Below, piece after piece: positions 1-10,556 of a stretch of 64,000 nt of DNA; the stretch's first letter is position 1, and each line of letters begins with the position of its first letter. Source of the DNA: Rhodobacteraceae bacterium HLUCCA08 (lineage in GTDB: Bacteria > Pseudomonadota > Alphaproteobacteria > Rhodobacterales > Rhodobacteraceae); the NCBI GenBank assembly GCA_001314655.1, contig LJSF01000014.1:1-64000 (forward strand), written 5' to 3'. The notes beneath the pieces were generated by a model. It searched no databases. It was not told the origin of the DNA and was given only the letters and a program-made list of their open reading frames with translations. The position numbers and the translations under genes are program-made.

Positions 1-12
1 CCCCTCCGCGCA

Positions 13-52
13 TAAGACACGTCGCAAACGACGTCGCTATGCACGTGTCTTA
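13..52. repeat. Inverted repeat TAAGACACGT ... ACGTGTCTTA with 10-bp arms and a 20-bp spacer
   Basis: Read directly in the sequence. There is no coding context, so its function is unknown. It could be a hairpin or a protein-binding site. Confidence 0.4.
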
Positions 53-222
53 GGCCATCAGGCCGCCTCCAGGCAGGCGGTGACAATCGGGCGGTTACAC
101 ACGAGATGCGAAGTGATGCCCATCCTTGGCGCTCCCACTGTCGCAGTGTTCTGTAGCAGGAGCCGGATTTGCCAGTTTCGCTCTTGGAAAATTGTAGGTT
201 GACCAGTGGGTTACGGGTCAAG

Positions 223-312
223 TGGCGGAGACGAAGGGATTCGAACCCTCGAGACGGTTTCCCGCCTACTCCCTTAGCAGGGGAGCGCCTTCGACCACTC
301 GGCCACGTCTCC
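223..312 (-). tRNA. tRNA-Ser (anticodon GCT)
   Basis: The reverse complement folds as a type-II tRNA. It has the acceptor GGAGACG/CGTCTCC, a D-arm, the anticodon loop CTGCTAA (GCT), a long variable arm, a GGTTCGAAT T-loop, and an encoded CCA. Confidence 0.85.
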
Positions 313-455
313 GTCGACCCGTTTACTTGCAGCGGTCAGAGACGACAATGGCGATCATGATTTTTTTTCCCGGCGCCCCGCTTGACGCACGCGTTGCTGA
401 GGCGGCGCAGTCGTGATTGGGTGCGACGGCCACAAGCCACCGGAAAGGGTCCGAG

Positions 456-2237
456 GTGCAAACCGACCAGATCCTGATCTTCACGATCCTCGGATCGACC
501 ATGGCGCTGTTCCTGTGGGGGCGGCTGCGCCATGACGTGGTCGCGCTGGCGGCGCTGCTGGGCTGCGTCGTCGCCGGGCTGGTGCCGGCCGAGGGCGCCT
601 TTGCCGGGTTCGGCCATCCGGCGGTGATCTCGGTCGCCTGCGTGCTGGTGCTCAGCCGTGGGCTGCAGAATACCGGGGCCGTGGACGCCCTGGCCCGGGT
701 CGCCCTGCCGCGCGGGACGGGGCGGTTGTCGGGCATGCTGGCGCTGACCGGGCTGGGCGCGGCGCTGTCGGGCTTCATGAACAATGTCGGCGCCATGGCG
801 CTGCTGATGCCGCTGGCGGTGCAGCTGGCCGACCGGCTGTCGCTGACCCATGGCCAGGTGCTGATGCCGCTGGCCTTCGGCACGATCCTGGGCGGGATGA
901 CGACGCTGGTGGGCACGCCGCCGAACCTGATCGTGTCGGGGTTCCGGGCCGAGGCCGGGCTGGGCGCCTTCGGCATGTTCGACTTCACCCCGGTCGGCCT
1001 TGCGGTCGCCGCGATCGGCGTGATCTTCGTCGCGGCGTTGGGCTGGCGGCTGGTGCCCGCGCGTCGGCCGGCGGTGGGCGAGGCCTTCGAGACCGACCCC
1101 TACATGATCGAATTGCATGTCCCCGAGGCCAGCAAGGCGATCGGCCTGACCCTGCGCGGCCTGGAGCGCGAGATCGACGACAGCGGCGCCCAGGTCGTGG
1201 GCCTGGTGCGCAAAGGTGTGCGGCTGAACGCGCCGCATGGCGGGCGGCGGATCGGGGCGGGCGATGTCCTGGTGCTGGAGGCCGAGGTGGACAGCCTGAC
1301 CGAGGCGATTTCCACACTCGGCCTGACCCTGCAGGATCCCGCGACAGAACGCGAGTCCGGCCCCGACACCGCGAGCGACGAGGACATCGTATTGCGCGAG
1401 GTAGTGGTCCTGCCCGGTGCCAGCATCGTCGGCCGGTCCGCCCGCGACCTGTGGTTGCGGACGCGATACGGGCTGAACCTTTTGGCGGTGTCGCGTCAGG
1501 GCCGGCCACCCCGGGCACGGCTGCGCACGCTATCGCTGAAATCCGGTGATCTGCTGCTGCTGCAAGGGCCGGCCGAGGCGATCGGCGGCTTTGTCGGCGA
1601 CACCGGCTGCGTTCCGCTGGGGCCGCGCGACATCCGTCTGCCGGACCGGCGCATGGCGCTGATTGCCGCGGCGATCATGCTCGGGGCGATCGGAATCGTC
1701 ACCTTCGGCCTGCTGCCACCGGCGCCGGGCTTCGCGCTGGGGGTGCTGGCTTCGATGGTGGCACGGACGGTGCCGCCGCGGCAGGTCTATACCGCGATCG
1801 ACTGGCCGGTGATCGTGCTGCTGGGGGCGCTGATCCCGGTGGCCGGGGCGATGCAATCGACCGGTGCGGCCGAGGTTCTGGCCCGGGTTCTGGTCACCGG
1901 CGTCGCCCAGGGCAACGCGGTGGCGGCGCTGGCGGTGATCCTGATCACGACGATGTTCCTGTCGGACGTGATGAACAACGCCGCCACGGCCGCGGTGATG
2001 TGCCCGATCGCGCTGGGCATCGCCGGCACGCTCGGGGTCGACCCCGATGCCTTCCTGATGGCGGTCGCGATCGGCGCCTCCTGCGCCTTCCTGACGCCGA
2101 TCGGGCACCAGAACAACACGCTGATCCTGGGGCCCGGGGGGTTCGGCTTCGGCGATTACTGGCGGCTCGGCCTGCCGGTCGAGGCGCTGGTGGTGGCGGT
2201 CAGCCTGCCGCTGCTGCTGCTGGTCTGGCCGCTTTAG
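456..2237 (+). CDS. SLC13/DASS-family anion permease with two central TrkA-C (RCK_C) domains
   Basis: The 606-aa ORF is hydrophobic, with permease-like N- and C-terminal halves. The central soluble region has two RCK_C-like segments (RGLEREIDDSGAQVVGL..., GASIVGRSARDLWLRTRYGLNLLAV...). The ORF track starts at TTG 417. I prefer the in-frame GTG at 456, which is preceded by AAAGGG and gives the typical N-terminus QTDQILIF. The start is uncertain. Confidence 0.7.
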   Translation: MQTDQILIFTILGSTMALFLWGRLRHDVVALAALLGCVVAGLVPAEGAFAGFGHPAVISVACVLVLSRGLQNTGAVDALARVALPRGTGRLSGMLALTGLGAALSGFMNNVGAMALLMPLAVQLADRLSLTHGQVLMPLAFGTILGGMTTLVGTPPNLIVSGFRAEAGLGAFGMFDFTPVGLAVAAIGVIFVAALGWRLVPARRPAVGEAFETDPYMIELHVPEASKAIGLTLRGLEREIDDSGAQVVGLVRKGVRLNAPHGGRRIGAGDVLVLEAEVDSLTEAISTLGLTLQDPATERESGPDTASDEDIVLREVVVLPGASIVGRSARDLWLRTRYGLNLLAVSRQGRPPRARLRTLSLKSGDLLLLQGPAEAIGGFVGDTGCVPLGPRDIRLPDRRMALIAAAIMLGAIGIVTFGLLPPAPGFALGVLASMVARTVPPRQVYTAIDWPVIVLLGALIPVAGAMQSTGAAEVLARVLVTGVAQGNAVAALAVILITTMFLSDVMNNAATAAVMCPIALGIAGTLGVDPDAFLMAVAIGASCAFLTPIGHQNNTLILGPGGFGFGDYWRLGLPVEALVVAVSLPLLLLVWPL

Positions 2238-2388
2238 CAGGCGGTCCCGGCCAGGGCTGCGATGGTGCGGCACAAGGTCCGCCGGTCAGTCCTGCGGCCG
2301 CGTCACGAAGGCGCGCGCCAGCAACGCGGCGGCCAGGTGCCGCCCCGGGAACCCGGCCCCGCCGGCCACCAGAACCGCGGATCCAGGC

Positions 2389-3399
2389 TCACTCATCGGC
2401 ATGGGCCTCGATGATTCGGGCGCCTTCGGTCCATTCCCGCTCCAGCGTCATCTGCGCGGCGACGGCACGCCCGGCGGCGGCGATCCCGGCGGCGCGGGCG
2501 GGGTTGCTGCGCGCCCAGTCGTAGCGCTCCGCCAGGTCGGACATGTCGGCCCGGACCGGCACGTAATGCTCCCACGGGTGCAGGCGATCGTACTACCATT
2601 GGCGAAAGCCGCGCTCGCTTTGCACCTTGAACACGCAGCAGCCCAGCTTGAGCCGATTTGCGAAGTTGTTCCACGCATTGCTGTGCCCGTCGATATCCAG
2701 CGCATAGCGGCGATTGGCCCAGCTCATCTCGTCCACCCGCTCGGCCGCAAGGCCGCGGGCCTCGAAAAAGGACCCATAGCGGGCCAGCGGATGGGCACGG
2801 CCGAAGATCAGCCTGGCGTCGATCCCGGAGGCCCGGGCGATCATCACCAGACGCATCCGGGCCATCACATGGGGATCGTCGATGCGGTCGGTATCCCAGG
2901 ATACATCCCCCGGCCCGTTGGCCGACCCGCGCCAGACCAGGGTGTCTTCGCGATCCGCCCAGGCCGGGGCGTCGTGCCAGGCGCGATCCGCCTGCGCGTA
3001 GGCACGATGCCGGAAAAAGAACGGGTCCGGCACCAGCACGATCCCTGCCCGGTTCGACGAGGGCGAAAACCGGTAGGTGCCGGGCCGGTGGCCATCGGTC
3101 ATGGTAAAGACCGCGCGCCGGGCCGCCGTGGCCCGGGCGAATTGCAGGATATGGGGCACCACGTGCGGATCCCCGTCACGGGCGACAAGGTCGCGCGCGG
3201 TATGGCGGGTGACGGTCAGGGAAATCGTCCCGCCTTCGCGGCGCAGCAGGGCAGCCCGCGGGGCCAGCACATCGGGCGCTTCGATCCGGACCCGAAAGGG
3301 ATCGTGCCAGGCCCAGTCGCGCGCCAGTTCGGCCCGCAGCATTGCGGCAAGCACGTCGCGCAGGCGAGGCTGATCCTCGGACGCGCGACCCTGGGTCAT
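2389..3399 (-). pseudogene. Glycosyltransferase family 90 (CAP10/LPS-modifying-like) gene interrupted by an in-frame TAG
   Basis: The 268-aa ORF ends ...KLGCCVFKVQSERGFRQW at TAG (2593-2595). The same frame then continues ...YDRLHPWEHYVPVRADMSDLAERYDWARSNP... to TGA at 2389-2391. The motif [FW]..W.H[YR].LL.PW.HYVPV that spans the stop is the GT90 signature. Confidence 0.6.
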
Positions 3400-3428
3400 C
3401 GGTTTCTCCGGTTTCGCGCGACCGGCAC

Positions 3429-4526
3429 TCAGGTGTTGAACAGGAAGTGCAGCACGTCGCCGTCGCGGACGACATAGCCCTTGCCCTCGGCGCGCATCTT
3501 GCCGGCCTCTTTCGCGGGCTGTTCGCCGCCCAGGGCGATGAAATCGTCATAGGCGATGGTTTCGGCGCGGATGAAGCCCTTTTCGAAATCGCCATGGATC
3601 ACCCCGGCGGCCTTCGGCGCCGTGGTGCCGACCTTGATGGTCCAGGCGCGGGCCTCCTTGGGGCCGACGGTGAAATAGGTCTCCAGGTGCAGCAACCCGT
3701 AGGCGGCCTTGATCAGACGATCCAGGCCCGCCTCTTCCAGCCCCATCTCGTCCAGGAACATCGCGGCCTCGTCGGGCTCCAGCTGGGCGATCTCCTCTTC
3801 GATCCGGGCCGAGATGATGACGTGGGAATTGCCCTGGGCAGCGGCCATCTCGGCCACCGCCTGCGCATGGGCGTTGCCGGTCGCGGCCTCGTCCTCGGCT
3901 ACGTTGCAGACATAGAGCACCGGCTTGGTGGTCAGCAGTTGCAGCATCTTCCAGGCCTTGGAATCCTCGTCCTCCACCGGCACCGTCCGCGCCGGCCTGC
4001 CGTCTTCCAGGGCCTCTTGCGCGGCCTTCAGCAGCCGCTCCTGCTGGACCGCCTCCTTGTCGCCGCCGCGGACCTTGCGGACGATGTTCTGCAGGCGCTT
4101 CTCGATGCTTTCCAGGTCGGCCAGCATCAGCTCGGTCTCGATCGTGTCGGCATCGGCGACCGGATCGACCCGGCCCTCGACATGGGTTATATCCCCGTCC
4201 TCGAAGCAGCGCAGCACATGGGCGATGGCGTCGACCTCGCGGATATTGGCCAGGAACTGGTTGCCCAGCCCCTCGCCCTTGCTGGCGCCCTTCACCAGGC
4301 CGGCGATGTCGACGAAGGTCATCCGCGCCGGGATGATCTGGGCCGATTTCGCGATCTCGGCCAGCCGGTCCAGCCGCGCATCGGGCACGTTGACCTCGCC
4401 CACATTGGGCTCGATCGTGCAGAACGGAAAATTCGCCGCCTGCGCCGCGGCGGTCTTGGTCAGCGCGTTGAAGAGCGTGGACTTGCCCACGTTCGGCAAG
4501 CCGACGATGCCCATGCGAAAGCCCAT
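3429..4526 (-). CDS. ychF: Ribosome-binding ATPase YchF (Obg-family GTPase)
   Basis: MGFRMGIVGLPNVGKSTLFNALT... shows the G1-G4 motifs and a TGS C-terminus. The start is taken at MGFRMG, which is the conserved YchF N-terminus. The ORF track extends 21 aa further upstream. Confidence 0.9.
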   Translation of the reverse strand: MGFRMGIVGLPNVGKSTLFNALTKTAAAQAANFPFCTIEPNVGEVNVPDARLDRLAEIAKSAQIIPARMTFVDIAGLVKGASKGEGLGNQFLANIREVDAIAHVLRCFEDGDITHVEGRVDPVADADTIETELMLADLESIEKRLQNIVRKVRGGDKEAVQQERLLKAAQEALEDGRPARTVPVEDEDSKAWKMLQLLTTKPVLYVCNVAEDEAATGNAHAQAVAEMAAAQGNSHVIISARIEEEIAQLEPDEAAMFLDEMGLEEAGLDRLIKAAYGLLHLETYFTVGPKEARAWTIKVGTTAPKAAGVIHGDFEKGFIRAETIAYDDFIALGGEQPAKEAGKMRAEGKGYVVRDGDVLHFLFNT

Positions 4527-4663
4527 TTTCGTGCTCCTGTCTGCCAGTCGCGGGCTGTCTAGGCCCGGACGCGGCGCGGCACAAGCCACAGCACCGCCCC
4601 TGACCCATTGATTTCCCGCGCCCCCTGCGCCAAACCGGGCCGGTCACTGCCAGGGAAACGCAC

Positions 4664-5455
4664 ATGACACGGATCGACGCCAAATTCGCCCAGCTCAGGG
4701 CCGCCGGCCGCAAGGCCTTTGTCGCCTATGTCATGGGCGGGGATCCGGATTACGAAACCTCGCTCGAGCTGGTCAGGGGCCTGCCCGGCGCCGGGGTCGA
4801 CATCATCGAGCTGGGCATGCCCTTCACCGACCCGATGGCCGATGGCCCGACGATCCAGCTGGCCGGCCAGCGCGCGCTCGAAGGCGGCCAGACCCTGGAC
4901 AGGACGCTGCAGATCGTGCGCGAGCTGCGCAAGGCCGACGAGGCCACCCCGGTGGTGCTGATGGGCTATTACAACCCGATCTACAATCGCGGCGTCGACC
5001 GTTTCCTGGCCGATGCCAAGGCGGCCGGCGTCGACGGGCTGATCGTCGTCGACCTGCCCCCCGAAGAGGACGAAGAGCTGTGCCTGCCCGCCCAGGCCGC
5101 GGGGCTGAACTTCATCCGCCTGGCCACCCCCACCACCGATGACAGACGCCTGCCGAAGGTGCTGACCAACACCTCGGGCTTCGTCTATTACGTGTCGATC
5201 ACCGGGATCACCGGTTCGGCCGAGGCGCAGGCCGGCGATGTCGGCCCCGAAGTGGCGCGGATCAAGGCGCAGACCGACCTGCCGGTCATCGTCGGTTTCG
5301 GGATCAGGACGCCCGAGGCCGCCGGCACCATCGCCGGCGTCGCCGATGGCTGTGTCGTCGGCTCGGCGATCGTGTCGGAGATCGGGGCGGGCAAGCCGGT
5401 GGCGCAGGTGCTGGACTTCGTCCGCGGCCTGGCCGAGGGCGCCCATTCGGCCTGA
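4664..5455 (+). CDS. trpA: Tryptophan synthase alpha subunit
   Basis: 263 aa. The motifs ...[11 protein letters not shown]..., [18 protein letters not shown] and a GF..R.. C-terminal region are typical of TrpA. Confidence 0.9.
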   Translation: MTRIDAKFAQLRAAGRKAFVAYVMGGDPDYETSLELVRGLPGAGVDIIELGMPFTDPMADGPTIQLAGQRALEGGQTLDRTLQIVRELRKADEATPVVLMGYYNPIYNRGVDRFLADAKAAGVDGLIVVDLPPEEDEELCLPAQAAGLNFIRLATPTTDDRRLPKVLTNTSGFVYYVSITGITGSAEAQAGDVGPEVARIKAQTDLPVIVGFGIRTPEAAGTIAGVADGCVVGSAIVSEIGAGKPVAQVLDFVRGLAEGAHSA

Positions 5456-5524
5456 TTGCGGGCGATTGCGCCCTTGCGCCGGCGGGGCTACCAATTGGCT
5501 CACCACGTTGAAGGATCCCCGCCC

Positions 5525-6694
5525 ATGCCCGTGATCACCTGCATCGACGACCTCAAGCGCCTGCACAGGCGGCGCACGCCGAAGATGTTCTACGATTACG
5601 CGGAATCCGGCAGCTGGACCGAACAGACCTTTCGGGACAATACCACCGATTTCGCGCAGATCCGCCTGCGCCAGCGCGTGGCGGTCGACATGTCGAACCG
5701 CACCACCGCCTCGACCATGGCCGGCCACAAGGTGGCGATGCCCGTCGCGCTTGCCCCGGTCGGGCTGACCGGCATGCAGCGCGCCGACGGAGAGATCAAG
5801 GCCGCGAAGGCGGCCGAGAAATTCGGCGTGCCCTTCACCCTGTCCACCATGTCGATCTGTTCGATCGAGGATGTGCGCGAACACACGAAGGAACCGTTCT
5901 GGTTCCAGCTTTACGTGATGCGCGACGAGGATTTCGTCGACAACATCATCGCCAGGGCCAGGAACGCCGGTTGTTCGGCGCTGGTGCTGACGCTGGATCT
6001 GCAGATCCTCGGCCAGCGCCACAAGGACCTCAAGAACGGGTTGTCGGCGCCGCCCCGGCTGACCCTGCCGGTGATGGCCGACCTGGCGACCAAGTGGCGC
6101 TGGGGGCTGGAGATGCTGCGCACCCCGCGCCGGACCTTCCGCAACATCGTCGGCCACGCCAAGGGCGTGAACCAGATGGGCTCGCTCATGTCCTGGACCA
6201 ACGAACAATTCGACCCCCGGCTGGACTGGGACAAGATCGCCCGGCTGAAGGAAAAATGGGGCGGCACCCTGATCCTGAAGGGCGTGCTGGACGTGGAGGA
6301 TGCCCGGCGCGCCGCCGATATCGGCGCCGATGCCATCGTCGTGTCGAACCACGGCGGGCGGCAACTGGACGGGGCGCTGTCGGCGATCCGCGTGTTGCCC
6401 TCGATCGTGCGCGCCGTGGGCGAGCGGGTCGAGGTCCATTTCGACAGCGGCATCCGCTCGGGCCAGGATGTGCTCAAGGCGCTCGCGCTGGGGGCCAGGG
6501 GCACCTATATCGGCCGCGCCTATATCCACGGGCTCGGCGCGATGGGCGAGGCCGGCGTGACCCGCGCGCTCGAGGTGATCCACAAGGAACTCGACGTGTC
6601 GATGGCGCTGTGCGGCCGGCGCGACGTGCAGGATCTGGGTCGCGACGTCCTGCTGGTGCCCGAGGATTTCGAAGGCCGCTGGGCCCCGGCCTGA
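5525..6694 (+). CDS. lldD: FMN-dependent alpha-hydroxy-acid dehydrogenase (L-lactate dehydrogenase/LldD-like)
   Basis: MPVITCIDDLKRLHRRRTPKMFYDYAESGSWTEQTFRDN ... SNHGGRQLDGA shows the glycolate oxidase/LldD family signatures. The start at ATG 5525 is preceded by GAAGGA. Confidence 0.8.
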   Translation: MPVITCIDDLKRLHRRRTPKMFYDYAESGSWTEQTFRDNTTDFAQIRLRQRVAVDMSNRTTASTMAGHKVAMPVALAPVGLTGMQRADGEIKAAKAAEKFGVPFTLSTMSICSIEDVREHTKEPFWFQLYVMRDEDFVDNIIARARNAGCSALVLTLDLQILGQRHKDLKNGLSAPPRLTLPVMADLATKWRWGLEMLRTPRRTFRNIVGHAKGVNQMGSLMSWTNEQFDPRLDWDKIARLKEKWGGTLILKGVLDVEDARRAADIGADAIVVSNHGGRQLDGALSAIRVLPSIVRAVGERVEVHFDSGIRSGQDVLKALALGARGTYIGRAYIHGLGAMGEAGVTRALEVIHKELDVSMALCGRRDVQDLGRDVLLVPEDFEGRWAPA

Positions 6695-6706
6695 CAGGAT
6701 CCGCGC

Positions 6707-7864
6707 CTAGCCCACCGCCCGCCCGGCCGGGTGCCGGGCCCGGATCGCCAGGGCCAGCGGCGCCGCGATCAGCAGCACGCAGGCGACCCCGGCGAAGGCC
6801 GCCCGCAGGCCGAAGGCCTCGCTGGCGAAGCCCATTCCGACCGGCGCCAGGAAAAACCCCGAAAAGCCCATCACCGCGACCTTGCTGATCGCGTCGGTGC
6901 GGCGATGCGGCGGCACCATCCGCCCGACCAGCGCCAGGCCCAGCGGCCCGATCACCGACACGCCCAGGCCAAGGATGCCGAATCCCAGATAGGCCCAGAC
7001 CGGGGCCGGAGCCGCCGCCGCGATCACCGCGCCGCAGGCCGACAGCATCGAGGCCCAGACGATCACCGTCACCGCGCCGGCCCGATGCGACAAGGCCTGC
7101 CCCGAAAACCGCCCCAGCGCCATGGTCAGGCCCAGCGTCGCCGGCCCCAGCGCGCCCTCGGCCGCGCCGCCCTGCAGCGTGCGCTCGATATGCAGGGCCG
7201 ACCAGGCCTCGACCGTGGCCTCGGACATGAAGGCGACCAGCACCACGCCGCCGCACAGCAGAACCGCCTCGAACGGGAACCGCCCCGGCCCGTCCTGACC
7301 CGGCGCCACCACCGCTTCGGGGTCCAGCCGCAGCCGGGTCGCCAGCAGCAGCGCCAGCACCGTGTATCCGGCGAACATCTGCACCGGCACCGCCCCGGCC
7401 TCGCGCGCCAGCCCGGTCAGGATCGCGCCGATCGCATAGCCCAGCGAAAACAGACCGTGATTGGCATTCATCAGGCTGCGACCGTGGCGCGCCTCGGCCT
7501 CGCTCACCCGCGTGTTCATCAGCACGTCCAGCAGCCCCGATGCCAGGCCCAGCGCCACCATCGCGGCAAAGAAGGCCACCGGGCCGCTTGCCAGGCCCGG
7601 CCCCAGCACCGCCAGCGCCAGCAGGACCGTGGCGACCTGCATGCCGGCGCCGCCCAGCGCCCGGTCAAGCCGCGGCGCCAGCCACATCGAGGTAACCAGC
7701 CCGAAGGCCGATCCCAGCAGAACCGTGCCGAATTGCGCATCGCCCACACCCAGCCCGGCCTTCAGCACCGGCACCTGCGCGGCGAAGGTGCCCCAGAACA
7801 GGCCCAGGGTCAGAAAGGCAAGCGCCGGGCGCGGCGTCGCGGCAAGGGCGGAACGGACGGACAT
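6707..7864 (-). CDS. MFS transporter
   Basis: There are 12 predicted TM segments and an MFS-like G-rich loop. The start is taken at MSVRSALAAT. The ORF track's 5' extension overlaps the intergenic region. Confidence 0.7.
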   Translation of the reverse strand: MSVRSALAATPRPALAFLTLGLFWGTFAAQVPVLKAGLGVGDAQFGTVLLGSAFGLVTSMWLAPRLDRALGGAGMQVATVLLALAVLGPGLASGPVAFFAAMVALGLASGLLDVLMNTRVSEAEARHGRSLMNANHGLFSLGYAIGAILTGLAREAGAVPVQMFAGYTVLALLLATRLRLDPEAVVAPGQDGPGRFPFEAVLLCGGVVLVAFMSEATVEAWSALHIERTLQGGAAEGALGPATLGLTMALGRFSGQALSHRAGAVTVIVWASMLSACGAVIAAAAPAPVWAYLGFGILGLGVSVIGPLGLALVGRMVPPHRRTDAISKVAVMGFSGFFLAPVGMGFASEAFGLRAAFAGVACVLLIAAPLALAIRARHPAGRAVG

Positions 7865-8069
7865 GGCCGCGATATGTGCATGGCGATCGGGCCTGGGCAA
7901 GCCCCGTCCTTGCACTCTGCACGGGCCGCGCAGATAGCCCCTTCCCAAGCCCGCCGCGCTCGTCTATACGCGCGGCTTCACCGGGTAAGCCCGCCAGCGG
8001 GCCCCCTGACATGGCAAAGTGGGTCCCGACCAGAGTACCGGGACGCGCGAATTGAAAGGAACCGACCCA

Positions 8070-8708
8070 ATGGCTGGTGAAATCCCCGATCTCGTCGCCA
8101 CCGAACGCACCGGCACCGGCAAGGGTGCCGCCCGCCAGGCCCGCCGCGACGGCCTGGTGCCCGGCGTCGTCTATGGCGGCGGCGGCGAACCGCTGTCGAT
8201 CAACGTGCCGTTCAACGAACTGCTGAAAAAGCTCAGGGCCGGCCGCTTTCTGTCGACCCTGTTCAACCTCAAGGTCGAGGGCCATGACGATGTCCGCGTG
8301 ATCTGCCGCAACGTGCAGCGCGATGTGGTCAAGGACCTGCCGACCCACCTGGACCTGATGCGGCTCAAGCGGACGACCAAGATCAACCTGTTCATCCACG
8401 TCGAATTCGAGGATCACGACAAGTGCCCCGGCCTGCGCAAGGGCGGCATCCTGACCGTCGTGCGCCCCGAGGTCGAACTGGTCGTGACCGCCGGCGACAT
8501 CCCCGAAAAGCTGACCGCCAGCCTGGAAGGGCTGAACATCGGCGACACGATCACGATTTCGTCGATCAACCTGCCCGCCGGCACCAAGCCGACGATCGAC
8601 CGTGATTTCGTCATCGCCAACGTGCAGGCGCCCTCCGGCCTCACCGCCGCCGACGCGGCCGCCGACGCCGAAGGCGATGAAGAGGCCGAAGGCGCTGCCG
8701 AGGCGTGA
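8070..8708 (+). CDS. rplY: 50S ribosomal protein L25/general stress protein Ctc
   Basis: [38 protein letters not shown]... has the L25/Ctc fold and an acidic C-terminal tail. The RBS AAAGGA sits 8 nt upstream of ATG 8070. Confidence 0.85.
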   Translation: MAGEIPDLVATERTGTGKGAARQARRDGLVPGVVYGGGGEPLSINVPFNELLKKLRAGRFLSTLFNLKVEGHDDVRVICRNVQRDVVKDLPTHLDLMRLKRTTKINLFIHVEFEDHDKCPGLRKGGILTVVRPEVELVVTAGDIPEKLTASLEGLNIGDTITISSINLPAGTKPTIDRDFVIANVQAPSGLTAADAAADAEGDEEAEGAAEA

Positions 8709-8733
8709 ACCGCGGGCACGGCTGAATTCTGCA

Positions 8734-8762
8734 GCGGGGCCTTCGGGCCCCGCTTTTCGTTT
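8734..8762 (+). terminator. Rho-independent terminator after rplY
   Basis: The stem GCGGGGCC-TTCG-GGCCCCGC is followed by TTTTCGTTT. Confidence 0.7.
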
Positions 8763-8789
8763 GTCCTTCGCCGCGCTAAGACAGACCCC

Positions 8790-9494
8790 ATGAAACTCTG
8801 GGTCGGCCTCGGCAATCCCGGCGCGAAATACGCCGGCAACCGCCACAATATCGGCTTCATGGCCGTGGACCGCATCGCTGCGGCCCATGGCTTTGCGCCC
8901 TGGCGCGCCAAGTTCCGGGCAGAGCTGACCGAGGGCCGGCTGGGCTCCGAAAAGGTGCTGCTGCTGAAACCGCAGACCTTCATGAACCTGTCCGGCCAGT
9001 CGGTGGGCGAGGCGATGCGCTTTTTCAAGCTCGACCCTGCCGACATCACCGTCTTCCACGATGAAATCGACCTCGGCCCCGGCAAGGTCCGGGTGAAATC
9101 CGGCGGCGGCCATGCCGGCCATAACGGGCTGCGCTCGATCCACGATCATATCGGGCCGCATTACGTCCGGGTCCGGCTGGGCGTCGGCCATCCCGGCGAC
9201 AAGGCCCGGGTGCCGGGCTACGTGCTGGCCGATTTCGCCAAGGCCGACCAGTACTGGCTCGACGACCTGCTGCGCGGGATCGAGGACGGTGCCCCGGCGC
9301 TGGCCGCCGACGACAGCGGCCGGTTTCTGAACGCCATCGCCCAGCGCCTGGCCCCGCCGCGCTCGGGCACCGGGCAGCAAGCGAAGACGCCCGTCCGGGC
9401 GGATGAGCGGGCCGGCCAGACCACCGCCCCGGACCCCGCCCCCGAACCGGACACCCGCACGGCCCTGCAAAAGCTGATGGACCGGTTCAAGTGA
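8790..9494 (+). CDS. pth: Peptidyl-tRNA hydrolase
   Basis: MKLWVGLGNPGAKYAGNRHNIGFM... is the canonical Pth N-terminus. The C-terminal extension is typical of alphaproteobacteria. Confidence 0.9.
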   Translation: MKLWVGLGNPGAKYAGNRHNIGFMAVDRIAAAHGFAPWRAKFRAELTEGRLGSEKVLLLKPQTFMNLSGQSVGEAMRFFKLDPADITVFHDEIDLGPGKVRVKSGGGHAGHNGLRSIHDHIGPHYVRVRLGVGHPGDKARVPGYVLADFAKADQYWLDDLLRGIEDGAPALAADDSGRFLNAIAQRLAPPRSGTGQQAKTPVRADERAGQTTAPDPAPEPDTRTALQKLMDRFK

Positions 9495-10510
9495 CCGGCG
9501 CGCTCCGCGCCGCCTTCCGCGACCAGGCCGCCTCCTGCGCCGATCTGGGCTCGCCCTTCATGGCCCGGCTCTGCACCCTGCTGGCCGAGCGGCTGACGCC
9601 CGGCACGCCGCTTGCCGACCGGCTGCTGTCCTGGGACGGTGACGTCTCCTCTCGCGGCGCATCGGTCCCGCTGCGGCTCTGCGGCGCATTGCACGCGCTG
9701 CGGTTGCAGAACCGCGCCGGGCTTGCAGATGTCTATCCGCCACATGAAACGGATCCTGAAACACTCTGGGCGTCAATTTCACACGCCCTCTCCTCCGAAG
9801 CCGCCTTTATCGACCACTTCCTCGACAGCCCGCCCCAGACCAACGAGGTCCGCCGATCGGTCGCGCTGCTGCCCGCGGCGCATTACGTCGCCGCCCGCTT
9901 CGGCCTGCCTCTGCGTCTGTCCGAGATGGGGGCCAGCGCCGGGCTGAACCTGAATTTCGACCGTTTCGCGCTGACCACGCCCGCGGGCCGGCTCGGCCCC
10001 GCCGATGCGGCCCTGACCCTGACACCCGACTGGCGCGGGGATCCCCCCGGCACAGCCGAGCTGCGCATCGCCGAACGGCGCGGTGTCGACCTCAATCCGC
10101 TGGACCCGCAGGCCGACGCGCTGCGTCTTCTGGCCTATCTCTGGCCCGATCAGCCGCACCGGCTGGCACTGACCCGCGCCGCCATCGGAACCGCCCATCG
10201 CGAGGTCGACCGTGGCGACGCGATCGACTGGTTGACCACGCGCCTCGCCTCTGTCCCGGGCCAGACCCATTTCATCTACACCACGATCGCCTGGCAGTAT
10301 TTTCCGCCCCGGGCGCAGGCCCGCGGCACCGCCCTGATCGAACGGGCCGGCGCAATGGCGACGGACAACGCCCCCATCGCCTGGTTCGCGATGGAGGCGG
10401 ACGGCGAAAGGCCCGGTGCGGGCATGACCCTTCGGCTCTGGCCGGGCAACGACACCATCGCGCTTGGCCGGGTCGATTTCCACGGCCGCTGGATCGACTG
10501 GCGGGCTTGA
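9491..10510 (+). CDS. DUF2332-family protein (conserved hypothetical)
   Basis: 339 aa and soluble. It resembles the DUF2332 family often found downstream of pth in alphaproteobacteria. This is recall-based similarity. Confidence 0.5.
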   Translation: MTGALRAAFRDQAASCADLGSPFMARLCTLLAERLTPGTPLADRLLSWDGDVSSRGASVPLRLCGALHALRLQNRAGLADVYPPHETDPETLWASISHALSSEAAFIDHFLDSPPQTNEVRRSVALLPAAHYVAARFGLPLRLSEMGASAGLNLNFDRFALTTPAGRLGPADAALTLTPDWRGDPPGTAELRIAERRGVDLNPLDPQADALRLLAYLWPDQPHRLALTRAAIGTAHREVDRGDAIDWLTTRLASVPGQTHFIYTTIAWQYFPPRAQARGTALIERAGAMATDNAPIAWFAMEADGERPGAGMTLRLWPGNDTIALGRVDFHGRWIDWRA

Positions 10511-10556
10511 GCGCGGCGCCGCCCCGTGCCAGCCTGCCGCATCGAACAGGGGGGGG

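Noticed and set aside
223-312. Integrated element at tRNA-Ser
   Set aside because: The tRNA flanks show no integrase gene, no direct repeat of the tRNA 3' end and no compositional shift. The adjacent gene is an ordinary permease.
323-1238. Overlapping minus-strand ORFs of 221 and 300 aa
   Set aside because: They are antisense to the well-supported SLC13-type permease and overlap the tRNA-Ser. Their composition is biased.
4559-6583. 674-aa minus-strand ORF
   Set aside because: It is antisense to trpA and the lldD-like gene.
7665-9470. 601-aa minus-strand ORF
   Set aside because: It is antisense to rplY and pth.
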